From assembly GCA_040954595.2 (NCBI GenBank), contig CM082578.2, positions 12,772,520 through 12,836,519 of the forward strand: 64,000 nucleotides of DNA. The letters are read 5' to 3'. This document shows positions 59,201 to 64,000 of this stretch, one piece after another. The DNA comes from Balanoglossus misakiensis (taxonomy: Eukaryota > Animalia > Hemichordata). The notes beneath the pieces were generated by a model. It searched no databases and was not told where the DNA came from. It saw nothing but the letters and a program-made list of their open reading frames with translations. The number at the start of each line of letters is the position of its first letter. Position 1 is the first letter of the stretch. Both the position numbers and the translations under genes were made by a program.

Positions 59201-62200
59201 TCGTGCAAGGCTCGGTAATAACATAGCACTCCAGTTCATCAAACCCGTCGGATACATTGTATTCGCCACTTGAATTACCATATGTTTGTGACATATTGCG
59301 TGTACAATCCTCTCCTCGTATGAACCCTTGTTGATAAATACGATTCTCAGGGCGTCTTCGGATTTCCTCCTCGAAAACTGCTCAATTCATTTACAGTGTG
59401 TCTCAAGTCGCTATCAAAATTACAAACACACAACTTCATGTTACCCGTAAGCCGCAGATCAGACCCTCCCATCTCTGATCCAGGTCATCGTCTCTTTTTT
59501 GCCCTGAATGAGACCCGGCCTTCTGGCTATATGGATTGATTTCACAATCGAGACAAGGGGCCCTCCTCTCCCGTCTGGGGTATTCCGTTTCCGTCAAGGT
59601 GGATACGGCTCGTACTCTGCGGAGTCCCCGAGTCCCAGGCGAATCTCTGAATATCTCCGCCAGAAGTAAATGCAGTGCAAATACCGGTACCCATAGCGTG
59701 CATTCTCGTTTCTGCTGAGAGGCGAAAAAAAATCCCACAGTCTTGGCGCTCGCGATTTACTCCCACTCGCGCGTTTTAAAGAAATATAATCACTACTTTG
59801 TGTGATGAGATTGGACGTTTCAACGAGCGAGAGGCGCTCGGCAATGGTAATTACAGCATCAGCATTAGCCGTCGATAACGACATTCTTAGCCCGCAGATC
59901 AGTACGTGAGTTGCCACAAATCTTGATTATTCCGACAAATTTAGCTTGCGTTGCTCCTTTTCTCGTTTTGCCTGCTGTGAGACAGTTGATAACTGGACAT
60001 CTACAACTTCCACTTACGTCCCATCGCCAACGACGGCGATAACCCATACCGGCGAATGTTTGAGATGTTGATTTGATAATATATCAAGAAGAACAAAATA
60101 TCTTTGTAAAAATAATAAATTCAGATAATCATTTTGGTGCATTTATACTCCGGTCTCGTTTGTAATATTTGGGCCATGTGCAACAGTGAAAAAACACGGG
60201 GTCTGTATACGAGCACTTAGTGGAGTCACCCAGTAATAGTGGTTGTAAAAGAGAATAGAACGATGTAAGCGCCATATTTATAATATCCTTGGAGATTAAA
60301 CTGTATATCGAAGCTGACAATGCTATCACGGGACACTTTTTACGAGTGCTTATATTGCCTCGTTCTGAATCCATTAGCGAGTTGTTCTGCACGCTGTCCG
60401 ATGAACCGTTAATTGTGAGACCGTACGCCCGGCCTGCTTATATTCAAACGACGGAGAAAAAGAAACTAATCAAGAACCCGAAATTGTGTCTTATAAGAAA
60501 TATGTTTAAATGTCCGAAGAAAGTCGAAAATTGGGGTCGACTTTGCGATTTTGGCCGTTTCATGGAAATCTTCCATGTAATAACGTGTTGTAAACTGGAA
60601 GAAATGTATAGCCCTGATGACCTAATATATAGGCAAGTATGGCACACAGCCACACGAAGGCATTAATGCTCTAAATTGTTTTAGTTAGCCCACAGTGAAT
60701 CATAAAGACAAACACGTTAGCTGTGATTATTGCGGGATATACTGCATCCATTAAACAGTTAAGCCACAAGTCCTTGAATTTCCCCGCCATAGAGTAACAG
60801 GTCAAGTGGAAATCTAAGCGTGCGTGCTAGAAGTATCCGTGCTCTTTGTTCGCAATTGGCTGTCCCCTTTCTCGCTGACGTCACAGATCCGTTCAGTATA
60901 ACTACTGCGATTAGATCTGAAAACGTGCAACCTTGAAGGTTCACAAAATGACCAAGACACACTACTGTGACAAACAACAGATCTAAACGTCAATTGACGC
61001 CTACAATATTGCCTATAGTCAAAAGTCAAATGCCGACAGTCACTGTATCACCTGAATTGTGGATGTAAACACATACACAACGACTTTACTTTAGTTTAAA
61101 ATCTAACCATCGCAACCAACAAACCATCAAGGCCAGTCAGTCAGGGTACAATTGCCAGTTCTCAATTTCTCCAGCAAGCAAACTGGTCGTGCTCACACTG
61201 TATCTAGTTCGTTGCATTTCCTATTGACAAATGGACCATCTTCAATGCTTTTTCTCAAATGATTTTGAGAGTCTGCAAACTAGTCTTCTGCACGGCTGAC
61301 TTTAAGTATTGACGAGTGTATCACTTGAAGGAAAAGAACTGTCTTTGATAGCTTATATCACGAATCTGTGAAAACGTGATCGTTTGCAAAAAGATATGTA
61401 ACATTGTCACCAAAAGCAAATGTGTTAAGCCCCGTGGAGGACTATCATACTTTGATGTGACGTGATGTGATGTGAATTCACATTACGCCGTTTTCAAAGC
61501 TACAGGGGCTTGAGATTTTCGTGTATGATATGCGATCTCGTGTGCCTGCAGTTACATTGTGGTGTAGTTGCCAATCCGAAATGCCCAGGGTCGCTACCTC
61601 CTCCAAAAGTCTGAAGTAACGACAGAGCGGATTGTTGAACAACTTCACAATTGAAACAAGCATGTCGGGAAACGATCTAAACGTTATTCAAACCCCTCGC
61701 TGTCTTGTTCTCCTTTCCACGCACAGAAAGCCAAATGGTTGTGTCACATGTGCCAGAAGAGGCGGCATCTATACACTAGCTCAGGGATGTGGTACCACGG
61801 AACCAGGCCTGGACTAAGCAGAGGGAGCAGCGTGGAAGAGGCGATGTCGGCAATGAGTGCGGCGGTACGTATTCACATCCGATATATTTGTTTCTTCGAT
61901 CATTTAAAGCATGTGAGGTGTATAGGCAAGCGATGTCTAATTTTGCCGTTTCTGCTCTATTTTTTCACTACCTGTTTAATGTATGTGTGTTATGTTTAAA
62001 GTCTATGGGATTTGTATACTGTTGTCATGTCTCCCAAATGTGGTGGAAGGCCTTCGCGATTGTCTATATTTGAGTTCTCAGCAAACGCCATGTCAGTATT
62101 TGAAATCTCGCAGAGTTCTTCTCACGTGGGCAAAAGTGACAATCATTATCTACTATAGTACTGGTTGTTTCCATGGAAACGCGAGCGGTTCGGCATCTTT

Positions 62201-64000
62201 TGCTCGGCAAAACCTCGAGCGATAAGCGTGAATAGCAATGTGGAGCTGATATCGTCCCTTTGGTGAAGAGAACAAACGTGGCAGATAGCTCATCGAACGA
62301 GAGTTTTTGTCATCACAGCAATGCGATGTAAATTGCATAGAATCTTACGTCAATATAACAATGTTTTGTGATTGCACATAGCCAGATAACAATCCTACGT
62401 CATCGCTACGATGCCAAGTGATTGTAACAGAACCTAACGGTATTACACCTAACCAGCGTATTATGTGAATCTTTACAAATCTGCTGGTTTCAAACCTGAT
62501 TATGCTTACGTAGGGTAAAAGACTCATTAGACATAGAACTCATGGTCAGGGGGAACTTCCGCTTTGTGTAATTTGCCACATTTAAGTTTGTAGCATGTGC
62601 AGGTTCAATTTAGTAATCATATGATAAGTTACCATGTAGACGAGTTCATGAAACCTAACCTAAATGGTGCATAAATTGTACCGGGTGATGTATATTAGTA
62701 TGAACTGAAATATCATACTGTAATGTTTTACCCCGTTCCTCATCCAATACTCTTCAATGATGTATGTTTCGCCGAATGTCTATCTAGTTTAGGAAATCCA
62801 ATAATCTTTCCGGAGAGTAATGAAATAGTTATGAACTGTCACGTGGTGGTGATGATGAAGATGATTGATTGACACATTTCGCTCGGTTGGATTCGATAAG
62901 TTAGAATTTTACAAACTCATTCATTCATTCATTCATTCATTCATTCATTCATTCATTCATTCATTCATTCATTCATTCATTCATTCATTCATTCAACCAG
63001 GTACCGACTGTCTGTGATGATAGACAATAAGTGTACACTATATAAATGTCTGTTTTTTTTATTTCAGGAGAGAAGATCGTCAACGCCAATGTCTGAAGAT
63101 TCGTACGCAGGCGCAGCAGGTGAGGGGCGAGAACGAAAACAATTAGAACATTCTGAGTCGTCGGAGGAAAGACCTGAGAGCGAAAGCCGTTCGCGAGGTT
63201 CGTACAGTAATACAGATCACTTGTTAGGCAGACGGAGTGGAGCATTCCGGGACGCGCCAAATTAAACTGCGAAGACCTCAGAAGAACTCAAACGACTCCA
63301 GGCTGCAACATTCAAATAAGATGAAAATAATTGGAGATGCGAAATTTTCGGCAGAGAATGTCGGATGTTCGGTTGTTCTGCACGTTTTACCGATTAAGAT
63401 TGGTGATATATATTTAATTTAATTCCTTATATGTTTATTGCATTGTTGATATAAAGGTGACACGCAGATTTATGTATTATAAATTGGATGTTGCAGCCCT
63501 GCAGCCAACGCCTTAAATATTCCCGCCGCTGGAAAAGAAACGTGTTTACTTTTTTGCGTGCAATTTCTTTTGCAGGGGTAGGCCAGAGCTCTAGTGATGA
63601 GGATGGCTGCAAATCTTCAAACGCAAAAGACATGAGCAGGCGTTCACGAACCCAAGCTACAGCTCAGGAGATGTCAGATCAAAGTGATTTCCAGCACGAT
63701 GAACAATGCAGCTTAGACAATATCAGTCCCAGTTCGACGTACGACAGCGGATTAGGCGCCAGCACGATGATGCCATCAGCTGACGACGTGGTCGTGGGCG
63801 TGGATGAACCGCCACAGCAGCCGCAGCGAAAAGAACGAACTCGTACCATGTCTCTCCAGAGGCAAGACACGACGGAGTCCCTGGATGACGAAGAAATGCA
63901 GCGGCAGCTGCTCGATTTGGCCGGTAACGGCAGCCTCGACGAGGACGAAATGATGAGACAGTTATTGGAGATGGCCGCCATGGCGAGCGTCGATCAAGAC
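41225..64000 (+). CDS. PCLO: Piccolo/RIM-family presynaptic active-zone scaffold, 3'-partial (Rab-binding helix + C8 zinc finger)
   Basis: Exons 41225-41445, 41928-42165, 61727-61864, 63068-63119 (or -63197), 63576 to >64000. Starts MGNQNS (Piccolo/Bassoon start MGNEAS/MGNEVS); EADLSHLTEEERSQITGVLQRA (cf. Piccolo EADLSQLSEEERRQIAAVMSRA); CPIC..CEDCERRVCRKCG|..WLCHMC zinc finger; SGMWY. PDZ/C2 domains are not in the window, so PCLO versus RIM orthology is not proven. Confidence 0.8.
51644..51763. mobile_element. PIF/Harbinger (Tourist-like) MITE, 114 bp
   Basis: TAA|GGGAGCCGCCAGTAATTACAGGGGTGGGCCG (51647) ... CGGCCCACCCCCCTGTAATTACTGAAGGCTCCC (51760)|TAA: ~30-bp imperfect TIR, GGG terminus, 3-bp TAA target duplication. 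Confidence 0.85.
58435..58744. mobile_element. Non-autonomous palindromic element (possibly Crypton-like) with a 143-bp hairpin
   Basis: Inverted arms 58438-58470/58548-58580 (32/33), 58473-58488/58530-58545 (16/16), 58492-58502/58515-58525 (11/11), plus a second small hairpin at 58653-58685. The superfamily call is from recalled resemblance only. Confidence 0.65.
62167..62180. promoter_or_regulatory. Perfect RFX X-box palindrome
   Basis: GTTTCCATGGAAAC matches the GTTNCCATGGNAAC consensus; lies in Piccolo-like intron 3. Confidence 0.45.
62917..62995. repeat. (TCAT)n microsatellite
   Basis: Directly visible, upstream of Piccolo-like exon 4. Confidence 0.96.

Noticed and set aside
1-64000. 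CRISPR arrays, prokaryotic operons, rRNA, U12-type introns
   Set aside because: The sequence is spliceosomal eukaryotic DNA. I saw no spaced direct-repeat array or rRNA motifs, and all modelled introns are GT-AG without the RTATCCTT donor.

Overview
Eukaryotic, intron-rich genomic DNA, most likely echinoderm: the lysozyme carries the 'DARLKGG..GDW' segment I recall from starfish and sea-cucumber i-type lysozymes. I spliced four protein-coding genes by hand, using GT-AG sites and phase continuity. (1) 514-20054 (+), 5' end outside the window: 44 exons, about 2,850 aa visible. It is an unusual giant protein with a degenerate cupredoxin-like domain, an Fn3-associated (YTLDGS) domain, about 16 FN3-like repeats, a 400-aa acidic insert with a poly-Lys tract, and a C-terminal TlpA/thioredoxin-like domain with a CxxS motif. 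(2) 25592-27793 (-): a 3-exon i-type lysozyme/destabilase (179 aa) with a Cys-containing C-terminal extension. (3) 28907-38782 (+): a 13-exon inter-alpha-trypsin inhibitor heavy chain (927 aa; VIT, vWA with intact MIDAS, GDPH site), head-to-head with the lysozyme about 1.1 kb away. (4) 41225 to beyond 64000 (+): a Piccolo/RIM-family active-zone scaffold whose zinc finger is split by a 19.6-kb intron. Non-coding features include MITEs, a 143-bp hairpin element, perfect palindromes, microsatellites, and a sharp CpG-poor to CpG-rich transition near 22.4 kb. Family assignments come from motif recognition only; no database searches were run.
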